From positions 21,680 through 85,679 of the forward strand of contig DASZSV010000084.1 in assembly GCA_035548495.1 (NCBI GenBank): a stretch of DNA of 64,000 nt, written 5' to 3'. Positions 40,358-49,588 of the stretch are shown here, in pieces. Under the pieces are notes generated by a model that saw only the letters and a list, made by a program, of their open reading frames with translations, had not been told where the DNA came from and did not search any database. Position 1 is the first letter of the stretch. Each line of letters begins with the position of its first letter. Position numbers and translations under genes: made by a program. The DNA comes from Steroidobacteraceae bacterium. Lineage in GTDB: Bacteria > Pseudomonadota > Gammaproteobacteria > Steroidobacterales > Steroidobacteraceae.

Positions 40358-41335
40358 TCAACCCGTTGCAGGCTTGCTGGCCGGCGTACTGAAGCTGATA
40401 CGCTGCACACCCTGTGTTCTTGCATTGCGCAGGGCCACCAGTGCACGCGCGATGAACTGCGCAGAAGTGGCGCGTTGCCCGGGCACTTCAGAAACAATGC
40501 CCGCGCTGACGGTGACAAAGCGGCTGCCAGGTGAGCGTGGATGATGAATGGCCAGATCGCGTACACGTGACAGCACCATATCGGCCATGCGTTCGGCTTG
40601 CGCGGGATCAACACTCATGCTGGCGACAATGATCTCAGCTTCTTCCCAGCGTGCACACAAATCGGTGCTGCGACGGAAGCACGCGGCAATGGTGCGTGCA
40701 ATTCTGCGAAACATCTGTTCGGCACCCTGTTCATCAAACACTTCGCGATACGCAGCAGCCTGATCAATGCCAAACAGGAACACAGTGTGAGGTTTGGCTT
40801 CGCGCTGCGTCAATGCAAAATCACGGCGCAGCAAGTCTTCAAAATACGAGCGGCGCAGCAAGCCGGTGATCTTGTCGTCACGCACATAGGCCAGCATGCG
40901 CTGTGTATTGAGCATGGGATCGGCCGGTACATCGTGCAGTGTTGCCGGTTGATTGCTGAAACCCACACGATGAAAGCTGGCAAAGTGCGTCAACCTGCCT
41001 TCCTGATTGCGGATGGGCACGAGGTGCATTTCATTGACAAATGGTGTGCCATCCTTGCGATAGTTGCGCAATGTCACATGACAGGCATTGCCTTCGCGCA
41101 GCGCACCACGCACCACGCTCAATGCTTCCTGTTCGTTTTCGCTTTGCTGAAGAAAACTCAAGTTGCGGCCACGCAACTCGGCGGCAGAATAGCCACACAG
41201 TTGTTCAAAAGCATGATTGGCATACACGACAGGCCAGCGCCGGTCGATGGCATCGCACACCACAATGCCTTCCGGTGACGCATCAATCAGTGTTTGTAAA
41301 ACCTGCCAATCTAGCGACACGATCAACTCCGTCAT
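40358..41335 (-). CDS. PAS + degenerate GGDEF domain protein (probable c-di-GMP receptor rather than cyclase)
   Basis: Start moved to MTELIVSLDW (ATG 41335); PAS GIVVCD...YANHAFEQLCGY; GGDEF-domain landmarks DKITGLLRRSYF and GIDQ; active site reads EEAEI, I-site RSTD retained. Confidence 0.85.
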   Translation of the reverse strand: MTELIVSLDWQVLQTLIDASPEGIVVCDAIDRRWPVVYANHAFEQLCGYSAAELRGRNLSFLQQSENEQEALSVVRGALREGNACHVTLRNYRKDGTPFVNEMHLVPIRNQEGRLTHFASFHRVGFSNQPATLHDVPADPMLNTQRMLAYVRDDKITGLLRRSYFEDLLRRDFALTQREAKPHTVFLFGIDQAAAYREVFDEQGAEQMFRRIARTIAACFRRSTDLCARWEEAEIIVASMSVDPAQAERMADMVLSRVRDLAIHHPRSPGSRFVTVSAGIVSEVPGQRATSAQFIARALVALRNARTQGVQRISFSTPASKPATG

Positions 41336-41423
41336 TATTTTTTTTGGAAGAGTACGCCTGTTTAGGCGAGATTGCACCAAGTTCGTTTTGGAAAACAGCC
41401 GGGGATTTACTGCTCTTTTCAAC

Positions 41424-41462
41424 CTCTCCCTGTGTTCTCTCCCTGTGTTCTCTCCATGTGTT
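41424..41462. repeat. 3 x 13-bp tandem repeat CTCTCC(C/A)TGTGTT abutting a degenerate family-1 REP
   Basis: Units 41424-41436, 41437-41449, 41450-41462; followed by cctgccccatcaagggcgagg. Confidence 0.85.
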
Positions 41463-41569
41463 CCTGCCCCATCAAGGGCGAGGAACATAAGCGGATGCTA
41501 CGCGTGTCTGTGCACACATGACATTATGCAATTTATTCGCGATTTATCCTGCTTTTACGATGCGAGCAC

Positions 41570-42598
41570 TCATCCCTGCAAGCTGAGCAACGACTGCATT
41601 ACTGCATTGGCATGCTGCCATTGCGCAGACGAAAACAATGCCGATTCATCAATGGCGGTGACACCACGAATACCGGCAAGCCGCACCTGACTGGCGGGAT
41701 CGGGTTGCAGACTCAGCTCGTTGAAAGTCTGAATCACTGCATCATGCCGGTGGCAGATCAACACCATGTCACATCCCGCGGACAAGGCGCGTGATACCCG
41801 TTGCGGCATGGTACCGATGATGCTGGCGCCTTCCATGGTCAGATCGTCCGAGAACACCGCCCCTTTGAAACGCAATCGGTTGCGCAGTTCATCCTTCAGC
41901 CAGCGCCGGGAAAATGTTGCAGGCACATCATCCACCTGATCAAACACCACGTGTGCGGACATGACACCGCCCAGACCATTCTCAATCAGGCGTGCATAGG
42001 GATGCATGTCATTGCTGATGTCGGCATAACGCCGATGATCCACCGGCATGGTCACATGCGAATCGGCCACCACCGCACCGTGTCCGGGAAAATGTTTTGC
42101 CACGGCATGCATGCCGGCATCGCGCATGCCATGCATTAACGCCACTGCAAGCTCGGCCACCACGCGCGCGTCATGATGTAGTGCACGATCGCCAATCACG
42201 CTGCTTGCACCATAATCAAGATCAACCACCGGACCCAGACTGAGATCGATGTTGACCGCACGCAATTCCGCGGCAAGCAGCCAGCCGGTCTGTCGCGCGA
42301 GCTGCAAACCATGTGCGGCATTCTGGTCGTAAGCACGGCCCAACACACGCATCGGTGGAATCTGGGTGAAATCATGACGGAAACGTTGCACGCGTCCGCC
42401 TTCGTAATCGACCGCCACCAGCAGCGGCGGAGAACGCAGTGCGCGCACTTCATTCACCAGTTGCCTGATCTGTTCACGGCTTTCGAAATTCTTGGTGAAA
42501 AGAATGACGCCACCCACCAGCGGGTGCTTCAACAACTCACGCTCTTCCGGCAGCAATTGCTTGCCGAGCAGATCAATCATCAATGGACCGAGTGTCAT
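41570..42598 (-). CDS. nagZ: beta-N-acetylhexosaminidase (GH3)
   Basis: 342 aa; motifs VAVDYEGGRVQRF, KHFPGHG, VFSDDL. Confidence 0.9.
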   Translation of the reverse strand: MTLGPLMIDLLGKQLLPEERELLKHPLVGGVILFTKNFESREQIRQLVNEVRALRSPPLLVAVDYEGGRVQRFRHDFTQIPPMRVLGRAYDQNAAHGLQLARQTGWLLAAELRAVNIDLSLGPVVDLDYGASSVIGDRALHHDARVVAELAVALMHGMRDAGMHAVAKHFPGHGAVVADSHVTMPVDHRRYADISNDMHPYARLIENGLGGVMSAHVVFDQVDDVPATFSRRWLKDELRNRLRFKGAVFSDDLTMEGASIIGTMPQRVSRALSAGCDMVLICHRHDAVIQTFNELSLQPDPASQVRLAGIRGVTAIDESALFSSAQWQHANAVMQSLLSLQG

Positions 42599-42624
42599 GA
42601 TTCATCTCAGTTGAAAATTACCAA

Positions 42625-42666
42625 CCCCTCACCCCTGTCCCCTCTCCCTCAGGGGGCGAGGGGGCC
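42625..42666. repeat. REP element (family 1), forward copy
   Basis: cccctcacccctgtcccctctccctcagggggcgagggggcc. Confidence 0.8.
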
Positions 42667-42912
42667 AAAATCAGTCTCATCATATATTGCACAAATCACA
42701 GCTCGATACGTGGATGTTTTCAGCAAGAGGATACAGCATTGGCACTGAACAGACTTACACGTTCCGGTCAACTCTTCCCATGGCCGCGTCTTACACAAGG
42801 AAACCAAAGATCAACATGCACTTCGCTGGAGTCACAAAGTAAATCATGAACGTTTCCAACAAGGCAATACAGCAAGATTGCCGATCACGTTTAAACATTC
42901 AGGTGAATCGTT

Positions 42913-42951
42913 CCCCTCGCCCCCTGAGGGAGAGGGGACAGGGGTGAGGGG
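42913..42951. repeat. REP element (family 1), inverted copy
   Basis: cccctcgccccctgagggagaggggacaggggtgagggg is the reverse complement of the 42625 copy. Confidence 0.8.
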
Positions 42952-42973
42952 TATCTTTAACAAGCACCAACCA

Positions 42974-44302
42974 TCACTGCTTCTCAAACACCGCCATCGA
43001 CTCCACATGTGCGGTATGTGGAAACATGTCCAGCACACCGGCGGATAATAATTTATATCCAAGTTCATTCACCAGAATGCCCGTATCGCGGGCCAGCGTA
43101 CCGGGATGACAGGAAATATACACAATGCGCTGCGCACCCATGCGCGGCAGCATGGGCAGTATCTCGCGCGCACCCGCGCGCGGCGGATCGAGCAATACCT
43201 TGTTGAACTTGCGGCGCGTCCACGGCACCTGTTGCTGATCTTCGAACAGATTGCCAACGATGAATTCGACGTTGCGCAATCCGTTACGTATCGCATTGGC
43301 TTTGGCGCGCGTCACCAGCGAGGCTTCGCCTTCGACACCCAGCACAGATCGCGCCTGCTTCGCCAGCGGCAAGGAAAAATTACCGATGCCGCAAAATAGA
43401 TCGGCGACATGATCGTCACCGCCCACGTTCAACAACTCCAGCGCCTTGCCAATCATCAGTTGATTCAATTCGCCATTCACCTGAATGAAATCATTGGGTA
43501 GAAATTCATACTCCAGATTGAACTGTAGCAATCGATACAACAACGGTTGCACTGTCTGTGGCGTTAACGGCGTGATGGAGTCGTAACCTTCGCGTTGCAG
43601 GTAGATTTGCACTTGATGCTGTGATTGAAACTGTTTCAGCAATTCCAGATCATGCTCAGTCAAATCATTCAAAATGCGAATGACCAATGCAGTGATATTA
43701 TCAGCCACTGCGCATTCCACCTGCGGCACGCGATCAGGCACACTGAGCTGACCGAGCATGATGCTCAGCGGCTCAATCAAGGTATCCAGCGGTTCATGCA
43801 ATACCACGCAACGCTGCAGATCAGCGAGCTTGCTGCCGCTACGTTCGCGAAAGCCCACCAGCGTGCGTTCTTTCTGGAACACGTAGCGCGCGCCCAAGCG
43901 TGCACGACGGCGATAGTTCCACACTCTTGCCTGCAATGGCGGCAACACCTGCGGTACTTCCACCTTGCCAATGCGTGCCATGTTCTCCAGTAGTTGATTC
44001 TGCTTGAACCGCAACTGCTTTGATGAGTCCAGATGCTGCTCGACACAGCCACCACACAACTTGTAATGCAGGCACCTGGGTTCGACGCGATCCGGCGACG
44101 GCTTGATCACCTCGTTCAGTACGGCCTCCTGCACTCCCTTGCGATGTCTCAGCAATTGCACCGTGACAGTTTCACCCGGCAATACACCATCAATGAATAC
44201 CGCACGACCGTTGTGTCTGGCGATGCCCTGCCCTTCATGAGAAAGGTCCACGACTTCCAGTGTGATTACTTCGTTGCTTTTGGGTTTTAAGTGTCGTGCC
44301 AT
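42974..44302 (-). CDS. rlmD: 23S rRNA (uracil1939-C5)-methyltransferase
   Basis: Start moved to MARHLKPKSNEVITLEVVDLSHEGQGIA (TRAM domain; ATG 44302); Fe-S Cys cluster CLHYKLCGGC; SAM motif DLFCGIGNF; LDPPRAG. Confidence 0.9.
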   Translation of the reverse strand: MARHLKPKSNEVITLEVVDLSHEGQGIARHNGRAVFIDGVLPGETVTVQLLRHRKGVQEAVLNEVIKPSPDRVEPRCLHYKLCGGCVEQHLDSSKQLRFKQNQLLENMARIGKVEVPQVLPPLQARVWNYRRRARLGARYVFQKERTLVGFRERSGSKLADLQRCVVLHEPLDTLIEPLSIMLGQLSVPDRVPQVECAVADNITALVIRILNDLTEHDLELLKQFQSQHQVQIYLQREGYDSITPLTPQTVQPLLYRLLQFNLEYEFLPNDFIQVNGELNQLMIGKALELLNVGGDDHVADLFCGIGNFSLPLAKQARSVLGVEGEASLVTRAKANAIRNGLRNVEFIVGNLFEDQQQVPWTRRKFNKVLLDPPRAGAREILPMLPRMGAQRIVYISCHPGTLARDTGILVNELGYKLLSAGVLDMFPHTAHVESMAVFEKQ

Positions 44303-44327
44303 CAATTGGAACCTGTTCTCTATATTT

Positions 44328-44351
44328 CCCTCTCCCCTTGAGGGAGAGGGG
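44328..44351. repeat. REP hairpin (family 1) CCCTCTCCC-CTTGA-GGGAGAGGG
   Basis: Perfect 9-bp stem between the exonuclease gene stop and the rlmD start. Confidence 0.7.
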
Positions 44352-44361
44352 AAGATGAGTA

Positions 44362-45141
44362 TCAAATCTGTACTTCCGGCCAAGCCGCGACAAATTCCCT
44401 GAAGTGCGGTTTGTCATGATGCAGAAGATAGTCGCGTACCAGTTGATTCTCGGCGAGATACTCTTCGCGTGACAAACGGCCGCGCATCAATTCAAAACGA
44501 AGATAGACGAGAAAAGTATTCAGCACATCGGTCTCGCAGTAATTGCGAATATGTTCGATGCCGCCTTCCAGCCAGCTATCCCATACCTTGTCGCCACTCA
44601 TGCCCAGCTTGCCAGGCAAATTGAGCAACATGGCCACGTTCTGCAAGCTGGCGCGGCCGCGACCCTGGTAGCCGGACATCACATCCATCACATCAATGTG
44701 CCGCCAGTGAAACCGATTGAGATAGTTGTTCCAGCGGAACGATTGATCTTCATCACCCACTTCCCAGTAACGTGGTGCGGCAATGCCATGACGCAACGCG
44801 CGATAGTGCAGCACAGGCAGATCAAAACCACTGCCATTCCACGACACGAGGTCGGGCGTGTATTTCTCGATGCCATCAAAGAAGCGTTGAATGATTTCCG
44901 CTTCCGGAGCATCGGGTTCACCCAGTGACCACACCTTGAACGTATCGCGGGTACGCAATCCGACGGAAATTGCCACCACCCGTTGTTGTTCCAGACTTAA
45001 GAATTCGCTGCCAGTTTCTTCGCGACGCTTGGTTTGCATCACATAGCCAACTTGCTTGTCGGTGAGATCATGCAAGTCATAAATACGGCGACCCAACTCA
45101 ACATCGGGAATGGTTTCAATATCGAAGGAAAATACGTGCAT
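44362..45141 (-). CDS. predicted 3'-5' exonuclease related to the PolB exonuclease domain (RNase H-like fold)
   Basis: 259 aa; N-terminal Exo I motif FSFDIETIPD; family recognised from memory. Confidence 0.75.
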   Translation of the reverse strand: MHVFSFDIETIPDVELGRRIYDLHDLTDKQVGYVMQTKRREETGSEFLSLEQQRVVAISVGLRTRDTFKVWSLGEPDAPEAEIIQRFFDGIEKYTPDLVSWNGSGFDLPVLHYRALRHGIAAPRYWEVGDEDQSFRWNNYLNRFHWRHIDVMDVMSGYQGRGRASLQNVAMLLNLPGKLGMSGDKVWDSWLEGGIEHIRNYCETDVLNTFLVYLRFELMRGRLSREEYLAENQLVRDYLLHHDKPHFREFVAAWPEVQI

Positions 45142-45149
45142 GTCACTCT

Positions 45150-45536
45150 CTATAAGGCTTTCTTCATCAACACCGCTACCGCCACAATCAGTCCTTCTTC
45201 ATCGGTGAGTGTGAGATGACCTTCGCCGACACCAAACTGATCCGCCAGTGCGCGGCCGCGTTCGGACCAGATGATATCGGGCCTGCCCCACGCGTTGGGA
45301 ACAAATCCGCAATCCTTGATCCACATGCCATGCGCAAAGCCGGTACCCAACGCCTTGACGATGGCCTCTTTCGCGGCAAACCGCATGGCCAGAAAGCGCA
45401 CCGGACGCTTGTTGTCGCGGAACAATGCCAGCTCCTGCGGCAACAGCAAATGATTGATCAACCGATCGCCGTGTCGCTCGTACACTTTTTCCATGCGCTC
45501 CATTTTCACCAGATCGGTACCAATGCCGAAGATCAC
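45150..45536 (-). CDS. acpS: holo-[acyl-carrier-protein] synthase
   Basis: 128 aa; IFGIGTDLV, FAAKEAIVKALG; start codon 45536 is GTG; position after pdxJ as in E. coli. Confidence 0.9.
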   Translation of the reverse strand: MIFGIGTDLVKMERMEKVYERHGDRLINHLLLPQELALFRDNKRPVRFLAMRFAAKEAIVKALGTGFAHGMWIKDCGFVPNAWGRPDIIWSERGRALADQFGVGEGHLTLTDEEGLIVAVAVLMKKAL

Positions 45537-45578
45537 AACATACCTCGCACTACGATGCAGGCAAACAATATTCTCGTC

Positions 45579-45648
45579 ACCCCCGAGTAGGCGGGGGTCC
45601 AGTTAAATTTGCCTTCTTGTTTTACGTGATTCCCGCTTTCGCGGGAAT
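45579..45648. repeat. two REP-like hairpins (family 3 and a GC hairpin)
   Basis: acccccg-agtagg-cgggggt (45579-45598); attcccgc-tttc-gcgggaat (45629-45648). Confidence 0.6.
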
Positions 45649-45690
45649 GACCAACCACGGGATTTTTTGAGGGCCGCATCTTTCTGCCCT

Positions 45691-46431
45691 TTAACTACGA
45701 ATTCCGTTTCGTGCTTCCACCATCAGACGCTTCATCTCGCGCACCGCATTCGACATGCCATCCAGCAAGGCGCGCGCCACAATGGCGTGACCGATGTTGA
45801 GTTCAACAATCTGTGGAATCGCGGCAACGGCCTGCACGTTGTGATAGCTGAGTCCATGCCCGGCATTCACGATCAGACCCAGTGATGCTGCATGCATTGC
45901 TGCCTGTTGCAACCGAAGCAGTTCGCGCGTTTGCGCCGCACCGTGCGTATCGGCATAGGCGCCCGTGTGCAACTCGATTACCGGAGCGCCGAGTTTTGCT
46001 GCCGCATCCAATTGCCGCAGATCGGCATCGATGAAAATTGAGACACGCACACCGGCTGCAGCCAGTCGTGCACATGAATCTTTGATGTGATCAAAATTGG
46101 CAAGCACATCCAGCCCGCCTTCCGTCGTCAGCTCGGCACGATTTTCCGGAACGAGACAGCAATCATGCGGCTTGATCTGTTCTGCAATGCTTACCATTGC
46201 ATCGGTACAGGCCATTTCCAGATTCATGCGGGTCTTGAGTGTCTCGCGCATGATGCGCACATCGCGGTCCTGGATATGACGGCGGTCTTCACGCAAGTGC
46301 ACGGTAATGCTGTCGGCACCGGATTGTTCAGCAATCAATGCCGCATGCACGGGATCAGGATAAACAGCACCTCGTACCTGACGCAGTGTGGCCACGTGAT
46401 CCACATTCACACCCAGATATATTGGATTCAT
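45691..46431 (-). CDS. pdxJ: pyridoxine 5'-phosphate synthase
   Basis: Start moved to [18 protein letters not shown] (ATG 46431); [20 protein letters not shown] motifs. Confidence 0.95.
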   Translation of the reverse strand: MNPIYLGVNVDHVATLRQVRGAVYPDPVHAALIAEQSGADSITVHLREDRRHIQDRDVRIMRETLKTRMNLEMACTDAMVSIAEQIKPHDCCLVPENRAELTTEGGLDVLANFDHIKDSCARLAAAGVRVSIFIDADLRQLDAAAKLGAPVIELHTGAYADTHGAAQTRELLRLQQAAMHAASLGLIVNAGHGLSYHNVQAVAAIPQIVELNIGHAIVARALLDGMSNAVREMKRLMVEARNGIRS

Positions 46432-46556
46432 AAATTTATATTCACCAAATCGAAGTAGTAGCAATCATGCTATTGGCTTTACTGGAACGCCGCCAAAAAC
46501 TGGAAGTATTCATGGCGTCGTTCAGTAAAGCTGACAGCGTCGTTGCTTGTCACTCA

Positions 46557-47288
46557 TCAATACTTTTTCATGTCGCTCATGATGACTCGGCTTTGCAAGG
46601 TACGTCCTTCCAGCACACGATCCAGTGCTGCACGCAACAGGTACCGCACTGCATGGCAATGCGCAGGATTACTTAAATCATCGCGTGCCAGCGCCAGCAA
46701 CACCTCGCCATGATACACACCCTTGCCGGGATCTGCTTCTGCGTCAACTGACATCGCACCGGTTTCCAGACCGTATCGATAGCATTGCTCCTGGCGAATG
46801 ACGGCACCGCTCACCGCTTCGGTATCCAGCGACAAGCCAAAGCCCAGTGCATTCAACAACCGCTTCTCGAACAACCGCAGGACAACCAGTTGATCAGCAC
46901 TCGACTTGAGTGCGGCAATGGTTTCTTCATAAAGAGAATAGATGCCGGGATGCGGGTCATGCTGATGCAACAGCTTGAGCAACAATTCATTGAGATAAAA
47001 ACCGCTCATCAGGCGCGATGCATCCAGGTTGCGCGGTTCGCCTGTCAATTCCGCGCCCGTCAGTTGCCCTGCTTCACCGCGTCCTGACCACGACACCAGC
47101 AATGGCTGGAACGATTGCAACGCTGCGGCCCATCCGGATTTACTGCCACGCACGCCACGTGCAAATACCGTCAAGCGTCCGTGATCGCGCGTAAACAATT
47201 CCACGATGCGGCTGGTGTCGCGGTAAGGGCGATGATGCAACACATAAGCGGGTTGCAATTGAATACGATGTGTTTGGGCACCGGACAT
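46557..47288 (-). CDS. recO: DNA repair protein RecO
   Basis: 243 aa; QPAYVLHHRPYRDTS N-terminal OB region; conserved era-recO-pdxJ context. Confidence 0.9.
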   Translation of the reverse strand: MSGAQTHRIQLQPAYVLHHRPYRDTSRIVELFTRDHGRLTVFARGVRGSKSGWAAALQSFQPLLVSWSGRGEAGQLTGAELTGEPRNLDASRLMSGFYLNELLLKLLHQHDPHPGIYSLYEETIAALKSSADQLVVLRLFEKRLLNALGFGLSLDTEAVSGAVIRQEQCYRYGLETGAMSVDAEADPGKGVYHGEVLLALARDDLSNPAHCHAVRYLLRAALDRVLEGRTLQSRVIMSDMKKY

Positions 47289-47302
47289 GACACAGATACA
47301 TG

Positions 47303-47382
47303 GTAGGTTGGGCTGAGTCTGCGAAGCCCAACATGATCAGCAATAAATTCCAGTTGGGCTTCGCAGACTCAGCCCAACCTAC
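47303..47382. repeat. REP pair (family 2), inverted arms
   Basis: Arms 47303-47332 and 47353-47382, near-identical to 12302-12385. Confidence 0.85.
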
Positions 47383-47395
47383 AAATCATTGCCGA

Positions 47396-48325
47396 CTACG
47401 ACGCATCATACCCAAACTGGCGCAGTGCCGCCTCGCTGTCAGACCAGTTTTCTTTCACCTTGACCCACAATTCAAGATGCACCGGCTTGCCCAACAGCTT
47501 CGATAATTCCAGCCGCGCCGAACGTCCAACATTCTTCAGTCCTTCACCTTTATCACCAATCACGATGGCCTTCTGTCCGGTGCGCTCCACCCAGATTACC
47601 GCATTGATGACCAGCTTGCCGCTTTCTTCATCGAATTCATAACGTTCGATTTCCACCGTCAAGCCATAGGGCAATTCCTGTCGCAGTCGCCAGGTGAGCT
47701 TTTCGCGAATCACTTCAGCAGCAATAAACTGGTCGCTGCGATCCGTCACCTGATCTTCAGGAAAATGCGGTGGTGACAATGGCAGATGCTTTGCAATCAA
47801 CGCCGAAAGCTGGTCAAGGTTGATGCGCTTGCTGCCGGCAATGGGAACCACTTCAACAAAACCGGCCTTACCCGTGACTTCGGACATGAATGGCAAAAGA
47901 CGCGACTTGGGATGCACCTTGTCCACTTTGTTGACGAGCAATATCAATGGATGTCCTGTCGCCTTGATGCTCTCCAGCACATGCTGATCTTCGTCGGTCC
48001 ATGTCAGTGCTTCGATCACGAATACAATGACATCCGCATCTGCGAGCGATGCCTGCGCAGAGCGGTTCATGTAACGATTCATCATGCGTCGTCCGGTAAT
48101 GTGAATGCCGGGTGTATCGACAAAGATGATTTGATGCTGCGGACGCGTGAGTATGCCGAGGATGCGATGACGTGTGGTTTGCGGCTTGGGCGATACAATG
48201 CTGACCTTGCGCTTCAACAAGGCATTCAACAGCGTTGACTTGCCCACATTGGGACGGCCGACAATCGCGGCAAAACCGCAACGATGATCCGGATGATGCG
48301 ACACTTCACCGGCGTCATCATTCAT
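47396..48325 (-). CDS. era: GTPase Era
   Basis: G1 GRPNVGKST, G3 DTPG, G4 NKVD, C-terminal KH domain; start uncertain (ATG 48325 chosen; track start 48373 is GTG and overlaps rnc). Confidence 0.9.
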   Translation of the reverse strand: MNDDAGEVSHHPDHRCGFAAIVGRPNVGKSTLLNALLKRKVSIVSPKPQTTRHRILGILTRPQHQIIFVDTPGIHITGRRMMNRYMNRSAQASLADADVIVFVIEALTWTDEDQHVLESIKATGHPLILLVNKVDKVHPKSRLLPFMSEVTGKAGFVEVVPIAGSKRINLDQLSALIAKHLPLSPPHFPEDQVTDRSDQFIAAEVIREKLTWRLRQELPYGLTVEIERYEFDEESGKLVINAVIWVERTGQKAIVIGDKGEGLKNVGRSARLELSKLLGKPVHLELWVKVKENWSDSEAALRQFGYDAS

Positions 48326-48357
48326 TTCATGATCGTGTTCATCAGAGGGAAGGATGG

Positions 48358-49047
48358 TCACTGCAAATTCCACAACGGTTTCAACTGTTCAAATGCCACT
48401 TTGGCGGCTTCCTGTTCGGCGGCGCGGCGGCTGCCACCTTCACCGAAGGTCTTGATTGATAATGCGGGCACTTCACAGTGTACGCGGAAATGTTGCGCAT
48501 GCGCTTCGCCAGTGATGGATTCAATGACATAGTCCGGCAGCGCAACGGCACGCGCCTGCAATGCTTCCTGCAAGCGCGTTTTTGGATCTTTCAATTGCGC
48601 AGCACTGGGCAGTTGCGCAAGACGCGGTGCGAACAATCGTTTGATTACTGCCGACACCGATTCAAAACCGCCATCCAGGTACATGGCGCCCAACAACGCT
48701 TCCAGCGCATCAGCCAGTATGGACTTGCGGCGAAAGCCACCGGACTTCAATTCACCGGAACCCAGTTGCATGCGTTCACCCAGATTCAATTCGCCTGAGA
48801 GTGCCGCCAGCGATTCACCGCTCACCAGTGTTGCACGATACCGCGACAGTTCACCTTCCGGCGAATTGGGAAAATGACGATACAACAAGTCGGCGACAAC
48901 ACAGTTGAGCACCGCATCACCGAGAAATTCCAGACGTTCGTTATGCTGACTGCCAGCACTGCGATGAGTCAATGCTGACTCGAAATATCGCATGTCATTG
49001 CAACGATAGCCAAAAACATCCAGCAACCATTCCGGCAGGGTCTTCAA
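48358..49047 (-). CDS. rnc: ribonuclease III
   Basis: Signature ALTHRS...NERLEFLGDAVL; C-terminal dsRBD; start codon 49047 is TTG (the only ATG, M19, would delete conserved N-terminus). Confidence 0.9.
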   Translation of the reverse strand: MKTLPEWLLDVFGYRCNDMRYFESALTHRSAGSQHNERLEFLGDAVLNCVVADLLYRHFPNSPEGELSRYRATLVSGESLAALSGELNLGERMQLGSGELKSGGFRRKSILADALEALLGAMYLDGGFESVSAVIKRLFAPRLAQLPSAAQLKDPKTRLQEALQARAVALPDYVIESITGEAHAQHFRVHCEVPALSIKTFGEGGSRRAAEQEAAKVAFEQLKPLWNLQ

Positions 49048-49074
49048 GTACTGATGCTCAAACTAAAATGGTTG

Positions 49075-49461
49075 TCATTCGCCGCCGCCATTGGCAACAG
49101 TTACCGTCTTGTCGAAGTCCACCACCCAGTAGATATTGGCAACGAATGAAGTGCGTCCTTCATATGCAGCATGCATGGTGATGCCTGCGGCGGTTTTTTT
49201 CATTTCGATATCGTTGATGTCCAGCGACTTGATGTCTTCGATTTCCCAGTGACGCTCCAATGAATTGCGCAACTGCGGAATATCAGCACCGGCGTTTTCC
49301 TTGGCCACCGACTCCATCGAGCGGACGACGGAGAAATATTCAAAGTACAGCGGCCACAACCGAATAATGGAGTACAGCGCCAGTCCCAAAATCGCGGTGA
49401 TAACCAGCATGCCGAGAAATGTCGCACCTCGCTGCCGCCCTGGATTCTGTATGTATTGCAT
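49075..49461 (-). CDS. DUF4845-family small membrane-anchored protein
   Basis: Start moved to MQYIQNPGRQRGATFLGMLV (ATG 49461, GGAGGTGG SD); sits between lepB and rnc as in Pseudomonas. Confidence 0.7.
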   Translation of the reverse strand: MQYIQNPGRQRGATFLGMLVITAILGLALYSIIRLWPLYFEYFSVVRSMESVAKENAGADIPQLRNSLERHWEIEDIKSLDINDIEMKKTAAGITMHAAYEGRTSFVANIYWVVDFDKTVTVANGGGE

Positions 49462-49588
49462 GACCACCTCCGCCAGTGAATAAACAAAGTTTAGATCAGA
49501 AGTGGCACCGGGACGAAGCACGTATTCAACGCAGCGGCGCAAAATCCGCAGTCCATCGCAAAATCCGTTCCGGCAAGCAACCTTGCCA

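Noticed and set aside
41424-41462. Possible CRISPR array
   Set aside because: There are only three contiguous 13-bp units with no spacers and no cas genes. It is a simple tandem repeat.
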